A DNA stretch of 64,000 bases from Rebecca billardiae RCC1528 (Eukaryota > Protista > Haptophyta), in contig OZ251225.1 in assembly GCA_965240325.2 (NCBI GenBank), positions 2,232,001 to 2,296,000 on the forward strand, in the 5' to 3' direction. A program made the position numbers and the translations under genes. How positions within the stretch are numbered: position 1 is the stretch's first letter; each line of letters starts with the position of its first letter. Under the pieces are notes generated by a model. That model ran no database searches, was not told the DNA's origin, and saw only the letters and a list, made by a program, of their open reading frames with translations. This document shows, piece by piece, positions 54,733 to 64,000 of the stretch.

Positions 54733-57489
54733 ATGGTGTCCGTCGCGACGATGGCCTCAATCATCTCCCACGCCCGCCCCGAAATCGGCGGCATGGCTGG
54801 GGCGGCCCAGCTGCGCAGCTTAGAGATTGACGAGCCGACGCTAAGGCGCATGATCGAGCTTCGCGGTGACGGTGCTGGCGATCCCCGTCCAGCGGTCATC
54901 GGCGAGCTGCTCGCGAACAGCGCCGACCTGCGCGAGCTGACGCTGAGTGGCATTGCCTTACCAGCTGACGTCACAGGCGGTGTGGAGATGGCGATTCGGC
55001 AGAACGCGCTTGAAACCTTAACGATCACGTCGAGCGCCGTCGATGAGGCCGTCGTCGTCGCAATCGCCGCCACGCTGCGCGATGGTGCCGCGCTTGACTC
55101 GCTCGTCATCCATGACTCGCGCTTGACCGAGCCAGCCGTGCTCGCCCTTGCGAAGGCGCTCTGCTCGGAGTCGGCGAGGCTCCGCAATCTCACGCTGCGC
55201 GCGTGCGGGCTGACCCCGCTCGGGGCCGCCGCGCTGCGCGATGCTCTCGGCGTGGGCGCGCTCGCCGAGCTGCGGCTCGGCCGCAACGCGGACGTGTCGG
55301 GCGTGCGCTGGAGCACCGTCGACGTGCTGCACGCGCGCGGCGCGGTGTGCCTCGAGCTGCCGAGCGGCAAGGTTGTCAGCTCGATCCCGACACTGCGGGT
55401 GGATCTTGCCCCCGACGCGTTCCCGTGGCACATCCAAGACGCGGCCATGCGCTGGGCGGCGGCGGTGCAGGAGCTGTCGGAGGAGGAGTGCGCTGCGTTG
55501 CACTCGCGGCTCGCGATCGGCGCGCGCACGTTGCGCGATGGCTGGCGCCAGATGCGCGTGCACTTCTGCGTCGAGGTGGCGATCGAGTGCGGCGCGCGCG
55601 CGCGCAGGCTGCGCACGGTCGACTCGGAGGCGGCGCACACGATGGCGCAGGCGTCGCGCATGGCCCAGCTCGCGCTGTGCGGCGTGCTTGCTGACGACCC
55701 GCGGACGGCGACGACGGTGTGGCGCGAGCAGCACGCGGCCGCGCTCGAGCGCGCGGTGGCGGGCGAGTGCAAGCACCTGATCGCGCTGCCGGCGGTGCAG
55801 GCGGCGCACACGCGCACGCTCGAGGGCGAGCTCGGCGCGTTCTTGCGCTCGGTCGTGGGCCACGACCAGTGGGGCTGGCTCCGGATGAAGCGGTACGTCA
55901 AACTCGAGGTGGGCGTGTTTGCGCTGCTCAACGCGTGCGTGCTGCAGCCGCTGCTGTGGGGGGTGCTCTGCCTCGTGCCAGACCTGGAGCCGCGCGTCGC
56001 CGCCGCGCTGTCGGGCCCGCGGCACATGTACTGGGCCGCGATCCCCGGGCTCAGGCTGCTCCTCGACGAGCTGTCCGGCTGCCTGCTCCTCGGTCTCTGC
56101 GTCTCGCTGCCGCCGCGCTCGAGCCAACTCGACGGGCCGCGCGCCGAGCACGCGCAGGTGATCCTGGCATTGCTCACGTGTGTCGGCTCGCTGCTCAACG
56201 AGGCGGACGAGATCGTGCGCGGCTGGCACTCGCCCGACGGGTGGCACTGGCTCGACGTCACCAGCATGGTCACGTCCTACCTCTCCGACGAGTTCAACGC
56301 CTTTGACTCGGTCGGCCTGCTGCTCGCGCTGCTCGGGCTGACCGTGCACGTCTCCGGGATGGGCGGCGCGCACGTCAGCCCGACGGAGGACTGGGTGCCG
56401 TCGGTGATGAGCGTGGCGTGCCTGTGCCTCACGCTGCGGCTGATGCGCGTGTTCTACCTCTCCGACACGATCGGCCCGTACCTGCAGATGCTCTTCAAGA
56501 TGCTCAGCGACACGGTCAAAATCGTCGTGCTCGGCGTGCCGATCGTGCTCGGCTTTGCGTTCGCCCTGCACGTGCTCTTCAGGCCGGTGACCCTGGACGC
56601 GGAGGAGGGCTGCTCGACGGTGGGCGACCCCGAGAAGGAGGCGGAGACCGAGGGCGACTACCGCCGCTCGTCGATCTTCGCCTTCGTGATCCTCTCCGAG
56701 ATGGTGCTCGGCGGCACCGACTCGCGCCTCGACTGCCTCCGCCAGTCCGCCGCAGGCTGGCCGGCGTGGGCGCTGCAGCTCGCCTTCATGCTCGTCGCGG
56801 TCGTGCTGCTGCTCAACACGGTGATCGCCGCCATGTCCAAGAGCTTCGACCTGATCTTCGAGTCGCTCGACGTCAACTCGATGTTCGTGCGCGCCAAGCT
56901 CATCCAGGCGTCCACCCGGCTGCCCATCGCGCCGCCCCCGCTTAATCTACTCGGGCTGCCGAGCCGGCTCGTCTTCCTCGTCGCCCGCGAGTGCGCCAAG
57001 CGCATGCCGCCGCACCGCGTGGCGGACAGGCACACCAAGTCGGCGGCGGAGACGACGGATGCCGCGGACGGCACGGCGCGCGCGGGCGAGGCGGGTGCTG
57101 GTGCCACGTCCGACGAGGCGCGGCTCGTCGCCCTGGCGAGCGCGTTCATCGACAAGTACCTGCCAGACGCGGACGTCGACGAGCGCTGGCGCAAGTCGAT
57201 GGCGCGCTCGATGGCGTCCGTGCGATCGCAGGGCGGGGATGTGAGCGAGCGACTCGTCGAGCTGGCCGAGCGTGTCGATCGGCTGACGGGGACGTTTGAC
57301 GAGCGGCTCACGCGGCTCGAGGCCCTCCTCCAGCGCAGTGTCGCGACGGGCAGCCTGCCTGGCGACCCTCCTGCTGGTGGAGGGCAAGGCGGTGCTGCAG
57401 CTGCTCCGAGTCCTCGACCCGCACTGCGCGCTGCACCGCCGGCTGCCGGGGGCACCGCCGGTGATGCTGATGGTAGTGCTGAAATGTGA
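54733..57489 (+). CDS. TRP-like 6-TM cation channel with N-terminal RNI-type leucine-rich repeats
   Basis: LRELTL/LETLTI/LRNLTLRACGL repeats. YLSDEFNAFD (S2-S3), IGPYLQMLFKMLSD (S4-S5 linker), LLLNTVIAAMSKSF (S6), PPPLNLL (post-TRP box) and a C-terminal coiled coil. Confidence 0.82.
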   Translation: MVSVATMASIISHARPEIGGMAGAAQLRSLEIDEPTLRRMIELRGDGAGDPRPAVIGELLANSADLRELTLSGIALPADVTGGVEMAIRQNALETLTITSSAVDEAVVVAIAATLRDGAALDSLVIHDSRLTEPAVLALAKALCSESARLRNLTLRACGLTPLGAAALRDALGVGALAELRLGRNADVSGVRWSTVDVLHARGAVCLELPSGKVVSSIPTLRVDLAPDAFPWHIQDAAMRWAAAVQELSEEECAALHSRLAIGARTLRDGWRQMRVHFCVEVAIECGARARRLRTVDSEAAHTMAQASRMAQLALCGVLADDPRTATTVWREQHAAALERAVAGECKHLIALPAVQAAHTRTLEGELGAFLRSVVGHDQWGWLRMKRYVKLEVGVFALLNACVLQPLLWGVLCLVPDLEPRVAAALSGPRHMYWAAIPGLRLLLDELSGCLLLGLCVSLPPRSSQLDGPRAEHAQVILALLTCVGSLLNEADEIVRGWHSPDGWHWLDVTSMVTSYLSDEFNAFDSVGLLLALLGLTVHVSGMGGAHVSPTEDWVPSVMSVACLCLTLRLMRVFYLSDTIGPYLQMLFKMLSDTVKIVVLGVPIVLGFAFALHVLFRPVTLDAEEGCSTVGDPEKEAETEGDYRRSSIFAFVILSEMVLGGTDSRLDCLRQSAAGWPAWALQLAFMLVAVVLLLNTVIAAMSKSFDLIFESLDVNSMFVRAKLIQASTRLPIAPPPLNLLGLPSRLVFLVARECAKRMPPHRVADRHTKSAAETTDAADGTARAGEAGAGATSDEARLVALASAFIDKYLPDADVDERWRKSMARSMASVRSQGGDVSERLVELAERVDRLTGTFDERLTRLEALLQRSVATGSLPGDPPAGGGQGGAAAAPSPRPALRAAPPAAGGTAGDADGSAEM

Positions 57490-58417
57490 CTGTAACGTGT
57501 CACGGCGGCGCCAAACCAATTAACCATGCTGCTGTGCCACTTAAGTGGCAGCGTCACCGTAACTATACGCGGTAATACTCTATACCGTCGACGTAGTACC
57601 GTAGTTGCCGTTGATGGCTGCAACGACTAACTAACGACTAATAACGAGTAACGAGTCTTGTATCCCGGTGACGGTCCGACTCTGACTCACAGACAATCAC
57701 CGCCTCACGACTCTATCAGATTCAAAGACTATCTAAGTCACTCGAAGTAGTCGAACTAGTGGCGGTACGGTGACTAGGTCTAGTGGCCCGGACCGTCCCG
57801 GTCCGGCACCCGAACTAGCTTATAGTCTAGACTTTATTATCACTCGGACCGCAGTACCATGTCTTACAGTTTACTAAGAATATAAGAGATATATACGCAC
57901 ACAGCTCAGTGGACATCACAGCTCAGGCACGGGCGAGATAGTACTAACTACTAAGTACAGTCCATCGGACCATCATCACCATCCGCGAGTCACGCCTGAG
58001 ACTTCGGTCGGAGTCCTTCGGACCGTGATGGCCCTGATAACGGATGACGGTCGTCGTCATCGTATTGAGTCGTGACTATAGTCTGAACGCACGTTGCGAG
58101 CATGTGACTCTGGGTGTGATGACGACGCGTGACGCCGGAACCGCATCATGCTCAGTAGCCTGCGGCTCCAGGCCGGCACCGTTTTGTCAGAGAGCCCGGC
58201 CTCGAGCACGATTCACGGGCAAGAGTTGCACGCATCGCCGGTACGCAACTCGGCAGTGCCTCCGATGCAAGGCAGTGAACGTGGTCGCTCAAAGTCCGCG
58301 TGGCCCACGTGGCGGTGGCCGTCCCGCTGCAACTTATGTGGCTGATATCTGTTAGGGCTCCGGGTAGCGCTCTTGGTCCTAGTGTCGTCGCGGGGCTGAT
58401 CGGGTGCGTTGCAGCGT

Positions 58418-58690
58418 TTACAGTGTGGGATGCGTGATGGAGAACATGTCGATATTGAGGCTGAGGTCGGGCGACGCCAGCTTCTCCGTCATGTTGTCCA
58501 GGCCGCACGCGTGGCACGTGCGCGGGCAGTATCGCTCCACGTCGTGGCTGACCTCACTGGTCGAATTGCAGCGGGAGACGGCATCAGCGCACGTGAATCC
58601 GCCGGTCACCAGCTCAAAACCCCAGTCGTCATCGACGCAGCTCCCACCCCGCCCACCGTGGCCGACGTTGTGATTCTCGCGGTTGGGCAT
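58418..58690 (-). pseudogene. Isolated ShKT-like domain fragment (short ORF or orphan exon)
   Basis: CVD.....C.....C.........YCPRTCHAC six-Cys pattern. No signal peptide, and GC is lower than in neighbouring genes. Confidence 0.4.
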
Positions 58691-59184
58691 CGCGGCGGAG
58701 CGTCGAGCCTGGACCTCCCCGAGGTCGCGGCGAGTTCGCGTGTGCCGACAGATTCACGTTTCGTCGTCAACCGCGCGAGAAAGCGCAAACGGCAAGCTCG
58801 GCGGCGGAGGATCCGCAGCGCCCTCACGAACTCGACCAGCGAGGCGGGCCCGCGAAGCGTCCGCCGTAAAATCCGGAAACGCACACCCGGACCCGAGTTC
58901 AGAGCCACGACGGGTGCAGGGCTGGGTGAGCGCCAGTGATGACGTACGTCTCGATTTAGTCTTTAAACAGTGAGTGGTGAGACCAATGGAATGAAGGGGC
59001 GGGGGGGGGGCGGGGGTCATTCCTTTGGTGAGACTGTCTTGACAGCCTAGCTTACACGGGTCTCAGACGCGCGGCAGACTAGATGGGACGAGTTACCATG
59101 TGACACGTACACTATCGTCACCGAGAGTGACGCGGGTGTCAGCTCAGCCAGCGGGCGCAGTACACCGTGCCGACCACACCCATC

Positions 59185-60087
59185 TCACCAGCCCTCCCTC
59201 GGATTGTTCGGCGCGCGATAGCTCCGTGCCATCTCCTGGTGGTCGCGCTCGGGGTTGAAGTGCGGGTCGTGGTTGGAGCGCGTGAGCTTGTTGAAGCCCT
59301 TCTTCTTGGTGACGAACGTCTGCCAGCTGGCGCGCTGCTCGTCCTGCGCCTCCTCCTTCTCCGCGAGGCTCTGCTTGCGCTTGAGCGCATGGAGCCTCTT
59401 CTTCTTCTTCGCAATGATCTCAGGCGTGTCGTCAGGCTTGATCTCGAGCGACTGCGGGATTTGCAGCGGCCGCTTGCGGCTCGGGCCGCGGTCGTCGTCC
59501 GCTCTGCCAGCCACCGCGCCCGCGCCCGCCGCGCTGCCGGCGCCGGCCGCCTGCGCCTGCACGTCCTCGGGCTCGAGCACGGCCACGTCGTCCCCGTAGC
59601 CATCGTAGGTGACCTCGAGCGTGCCATTCGCCGCCACGCGCTGCACGGTGGCGTCGTACCACCGGCCGTCGGCCTGGTACAGCGCGGACACCTTCTGCCC
59701 GGCGCCGTAGGCGGGCAGGTCCACAGGGGGGGCGGCCTTGACGGCGAGGTGTGCGAGGTCGACGGATTCGCCGCGCGCCGGCCCGAGCACGAAACGGACG
59801 CGATAGCCCTGCGCGGTGACCGCCTCCACGCGCGCGGCGTGCCATTCGCCATCGCCCTCGTGGCACGCGAGCACCCGGTCCCCCGCGCGGTGGTTTGCAG
59901 ATGAGCCGCCGGCCTTCTCCGACTGCTCGATGCGCGCGAGGTCGGCGAGCGACGCCACGAGCTCTGTCAGATCGGCCTTGAGCTGGATGAGCTCCTCGTC
60001 ACCAGGCGCGGCGCGCAAGGCCAGCTCGACGTCCGCCAACTGGTTCTCGTACGTCCGCAGCTGCTCGGCCGCCGGCAGCTCCGCCAT
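59185..60087 (-). CDS. SMNDC1: SMNDC1/SPF30 splicing factor with two Tudor domains
   Basis: EQLRTYENQLADVELAL..PGDEELIQLKADLTEL, Tudor motifs DGEWHAARV and DGRWYDATV, C-terminal ..WQTF...K. Confidence 0.88.
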   Translation of the reverse strand: MAELPAAEQLRTYENQLADVELALRAAPGDEELIQLKADLTELVASLADLARIEQSEKAGGSSANHRAGDRVLACHEGDGEWHAARVEAVTAQGYRVRFVLGPARGESVDLAHLAVKAAPPVDLPAYGAGQKVSALYQADGRWYDATVQRVAANGTLEVTYDGYGDDVAVLEPEDVQAQAAGAGSAAGAGAVAGRADDDRGPSRKRPLQIPQSLEIKPDDTPEIIAKKKKRLHALKRKQSLAEKEEAQDEQRASWQTFVTKKKGFNKLTRSNHDPHFNPERDHQEMARSYRAPNNPREGW

Positions 60088-60282
60088 GGCTGCTCCAAGT
60101 ACAAGCACCAGCACGACGTGAACGTGTGCGCACAGCAGTCCCAGCCGTCCGGCGACGAGGTGTCGACTTCAGACTGCAGGTGGGTGGCTCTGGACACGCG
60201 GCTGGGCCCGGGGCCAAGGACGGTCCGCGCCCGGCAATCGCCTCGATTCGCAGCGCCCGAAGCGCCGCGACCAGCGCGCGCG

Positions 60283-63200
60283 ATGTCGAGCCGCCTCTGC
60301 GTGAAGAACCTCCCGAGGAAGTGCAACGAGCAGCGCCTGCGCGACCACTTCGCCGCGCAGGGCGGCGAGATCACCGATGTGCGCATCATGCGCAAGGCGG
60401 ACGGGACGTCGCGCATGTTCGGCTTCGTCGGGTTCAGGACGGAGAAGATGGCGACCGCCGCGCGGAACTACTTCAACAACACCTTCATGGGCACCGTCAA
60501 GATCAACGTCGAGATCGCGCACGCCCGCGGGGACGAGCGCCTCGCGCGGCCGTGGAGCAAGCACTCGCAGGGCAGCACTGCGCACGCGCTCGCCGAGCAG
60601 CGCCGCACGGGTGGTGCTCCCGACGCGACGGCGGACGGGGCGGCTGCGCGCCCCTCGAGCCGAACAGCCCCGCAGACGGATCGCGCGCGGGCCGAGGCCG
60701 ACCCGAAGCTGCGCGAGTACCTGGACCTGATGCGGCCGACTGGAAGCAAGGCCAAGTTCTGGGCCGCGGACGCGGACGTGCAGGTGGAGGAGGCGACGCG
60801 CAAGGAGCGCAGGCCGCTCAAGGCGGTGGCCAAGCAGGTGGAGGTGCACAACCGCAAGACCGGTGGCGACGGGATGGTCCTCACCAAGACGCACGTCACG
60901 TTTGACGACGACGAGGACGAGGACGAGGACGACGATGGCGGCGAGGAGGGTGGCGGCGGCGATGCGGCCGCGGCCGCAGCCGCCGCGGGCTCTGACAGCG
61001 ACGACGAGTACCAGGAGGTCGGGCGCGTCTCGCCGCGGCTCACAGCTGTGCCCACGCCGCCCATCGCGGGCATGAGTGACCTGGATTACCTGCGCTCGCG
61101 CCAGCAGCCCGGCAAGCTGAGCGACGACGACGACGCGGGCAGCTCCGACCGCGAAGCGGAGGAGGAGGAGGCGGAGGCGGAGGAGGCGGCGGCAGAGGAG
61201 GCGGCGGAGGGGGAGGAGGAGGAGGGGGAGGAGGCAGCGGCCGGGGCGCTGGACGCGCCTGAGGACGGCGGCGACCCCGACGACGAGGCGCGCGATGCAG
61301 CCGTCGGCCGCACGGACGGCGGCGCGGAACGCACCGCCGAGGGCGGCGGCGCCGACGGCGACGAGGGCCTTGCCGATACCGGCCGCCTCTTCGTGCGCAA
61401 CCTGAGCTACGACGTGACCGACGCCGAGCTGAAGGGGCTCTTCCGCAAGTTCGGCCCGATCGCCGACGTGCTCGTCCCCGTCGACCCGACGACGAAGCGC
61501 GGCAAGGGCTTCGCATACGTGCAGTTCATGCTGCCCGAACACGCGGTCCGCGCTCTGCAGGAGCTCGACGCGACGATCTTCCAGGGGCGGCTGCTGCACC
61601 TGCTGCCGGCGAAGGAGGCGCGCGCGCGGCCGGCGCGCGGCGCGGAGGGCGCGGACCCGGCGCTCGCCTCCTCCTTCAAGAAGGCGCGCGACGCCGAGCG
61701 CCGCGCGGGCGCGGCCGACGCCGTCGGATGGAACGCGCTGTTCATGGGGGCGGATGCGGTCGCCCACGCGACAGCGGAGCAGCTCGGGCTGAGCAAGGGC
61801 GAGCTGCTCGGCGCGGGCGCGCAGGACGCGGCCGTGCGGCTCGCGCTGGGCGAGACGGCGCTGATCCAGCAGACCAAGACGTGGTTCGAGCGGCACCGGC
61901 TCAACCCGCGCGCCCTCGACGCGCTGGACGCGCACGCCGTGGGCGCGGCGAGCGGCGAGGCGCGCGCGCGCGCGCTCGCGCGATCCAAGACCACCTTCCT
62001 GGCCAAGAACCTCGCGCCGGGCACGACGGAGGCGGGGCTGCACGAGCTGTTCGGCCGGCACGGCACGATCACGCGGCTGCTCCTCCCGCCCTCGCGCACC
62101 GTCGCGCTCGTCGAGTTCGCCGCGATCCCCGAGGCGCGCCGCGCATTCCTCGGCTGCGCGTACAAGAAGCCTAAGGAGGGACAGCCTCCGCTGTACCTCG
62201 AGTGGGCGCCCGCCGCGCTGCTGCAGCCGGCCGAGCCGGAGGGGGCGGAGGCCGGGGCGGACGACGCGGCGATGGAGGATGGCGCGGCGCCCGCGGGCCC
62301 GGGGGCCGAGCGCGCGGCGGAGGAGGCCGAGGTCGAGCCCAGGCGGAGCGGCGACACGGCTGAGCTCGGTGCGGCCGCTGAGGAGGACGAGGACGACGAG
62401 GGCGGCGCCGAGGGCGGCGCGCGCAGCGTGTACGTGAAGAACCTCAACTTTAGCACGGACGAGGCCGCGCTGCGCGCGCTCTTCGAGGCGAGCTTCAGGG
62501 AGTTCCCAGTCAAGGCGGTCGTGATCGCGCGCAAGGCGGACAAGCGCGGCGGGGCGGGTGCGTGCGCGCGCTCGTTTCTCACGCGCGCGCTCGCGCGCGC
62601 CCCGTGCTGCTGCGCGGTGCTGCTGCGCGGTGCTGCGTGCGGTGCGGACCCCGACGCGCGCCCGCGTCAACGCTGCGCCGCGCCGCGCGCCGCGCCGCGC
62701 GCAGCGGGGAGAGATGGCGGCAAGGCCGCCTCGATGGGATTCGGCTTCGTGGAGTACGGATCGCACGAGCACGCGCGCGCCGTCGTCAAGCGGCTCACGA
62801 ACCTCGCGACCAAGGGCCGCCCCCTCAGACTTCACGAGCACGTGCTGGAGTGTAAGCTGTCGGCGCGGGCGAGCGGCGTGCGGCGCGCGGCGCAGCCCGC
62901 GGCCGTGGGCGCGCGCGCGCCGTCGCGCGCCAAGCCGTCGCGCAAGCTCACCGTGCGCAACCTGCCCTTCGAGGCGAGCAAGCGCGAGGTGGGCGAGCTC
63001 TTTGGCGCGTTCGGCGAGGTGTGCGCTGCGCTGCGTGCGCGCGGCCGTGCGCGCTGCGCTGCCGTGTGTGCTGCGCTGCGTGCGCGCGGCCGTGCGCGCC
63101 GATCTGCCGTGCGCGCGGCCTCCGCTGGCGGAGCTGGTGCGCGCTGCGCGCCGCGCTCATCTGCTCGCCCGCCTCTCGCGGTGCCGTGGCGCGCGCCGCG

Positions 63201-63503
63201 CAGCTGCAAAGCGTGCGCGTGCCCAAGAAGATGGGCAGCAGCGGCCATCGCGGCTTTGCGTTTGTCGAGTTCATCAACAAGCAGGACGCGCTCAAGGCGA
63301 TGGAGGCCCTCGCCAACACGCACCTGTACGGGCGCAGGCTCGCGCTCGAATGGGCGGAGGACGAGCAGTCGCTCGAGGCGCTGCGCGAGAAGGCCAAGCG
63401 CCAGATCGACGCGTCCGAGCACGCCGCCGCCGCAAAGCGCCGACGAGCGGACGAGGATGTCGGCGCGCGTGACGAGCTTGGCGGCGACGTGGATGTGTAC
63501 TAG
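60283..63503 (+). CDS. MRD1: MRD1/RBM19 multiple-RRM rRNA processing protein, 3 exons (introns 62558-62704, 63019-63203)
   Basis: MSSRLCVKNLP, RPWSKHS, TGRLFVRNL, FQGRLLHLLP, WNALFM, AVRLALGET, LYLEWAP, SMGFGFVEY, HLYGRRLALEWA. The introns are GT-AG and restore the frame. Confidence 0.94.
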
Positions 63504-63599
63504 GCAACGACTAGCGCATGAATCGTCTCCGGCGCATCTCTCCGCCGCGCGTATTGGTGGTATAACTACTCTACCGCCGGCGTCGTAGACCGTCGCGGT

Positions 63600-63710
<111 letters not shown>

Positions 63711-63741
63711 TCGCGCGATCGCCCTCGGCTAAAGTTCTATA

Positions 63742-64000
63742 TATGACCGCGTTCCGCGGTCCTTTTCCGTAGAACGAACGTAGTTCGGGGCCCGCGGTGG
63801 CGGTGCACCCTCCGTCGCAGTCGTCCCGTACGTAACTAGACTCCATCCAGCGGCGCGCCGCCCAGCGCCGCGCCGCCGCCGGCCCGGCCGGCCGGCCGGG
63901 CGCGGGCGCGTCGGCGGCTGGCGTGCGCCGAGTGTGGATGTCGGTCGTCGGCCGAGCTGCCCTCATCACAGACGGCCCTTACCTGACCCCCTGCGCGTGC
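63742..64000 (-). mobile_element. Helentron-like element copy 4, hairpin end only, continuing beyond the window
   Basis: The first ~75 bp are identical to the start of copy 2 (28269 onward). Confidence 0.75.

Noticed and set aside
57985-58035. Hammerhead ribozyme or structured RNA with TTCG loops
   Set aside because: The stems are only 3-4 bp and the CUGANGA...GAAA core is absent.

Overview
A very GC-rich, compact eukaryotic nuclear window with GT-AG introns. An algal host with a complex plastid is inferred from a bipartite signal plus AF plastid-targeting peptide; a haptophyte is plausible but unverified. Housekeeping genes often sit in tight head-to-head pairs: an alpha/beta hydrolase, a coiled-coil protein, SART3/Prp24, a Sel1-MYND protein, a coilin-La fusion, a CbbY-PsbP fusion, IMP4, an LRR-TRP-like channel, SMNDC1/SPF30 and MRD1/RBM19. 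They alternate with repeat-rich accessory blocks. The main discovery is a ~13.8 kb, 17-exon minus-strand gene (10976-24802, about 3807 aa) that the ORF track only partly shows. It encodes a signal peptide, a divergent first LRR exon, then 14 one-repeat-per-exon LRR cassettes of 72 or 69 bp. All cassettes are phase 2-2 and are separated by near-identical ~130 bp introns, with hypervariable codons on the predicted binding face. A ~1000-aa SPPP stalk follows, then a polycystin-1-like REJ/GAIN-GPS/multi-TM body. This is a candidate diversifying surface receptor. Also present: an EsV-1-7 repeat gene, four copies of a Helentron-like element (one carrying HTH plus USP-protease remnants), two long-TIR foldback elements and a TA-targeting MITE. 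One of the foldbacks and the MITE are inserted side by side into a short motif that also lies upstream of the LRR receptor.
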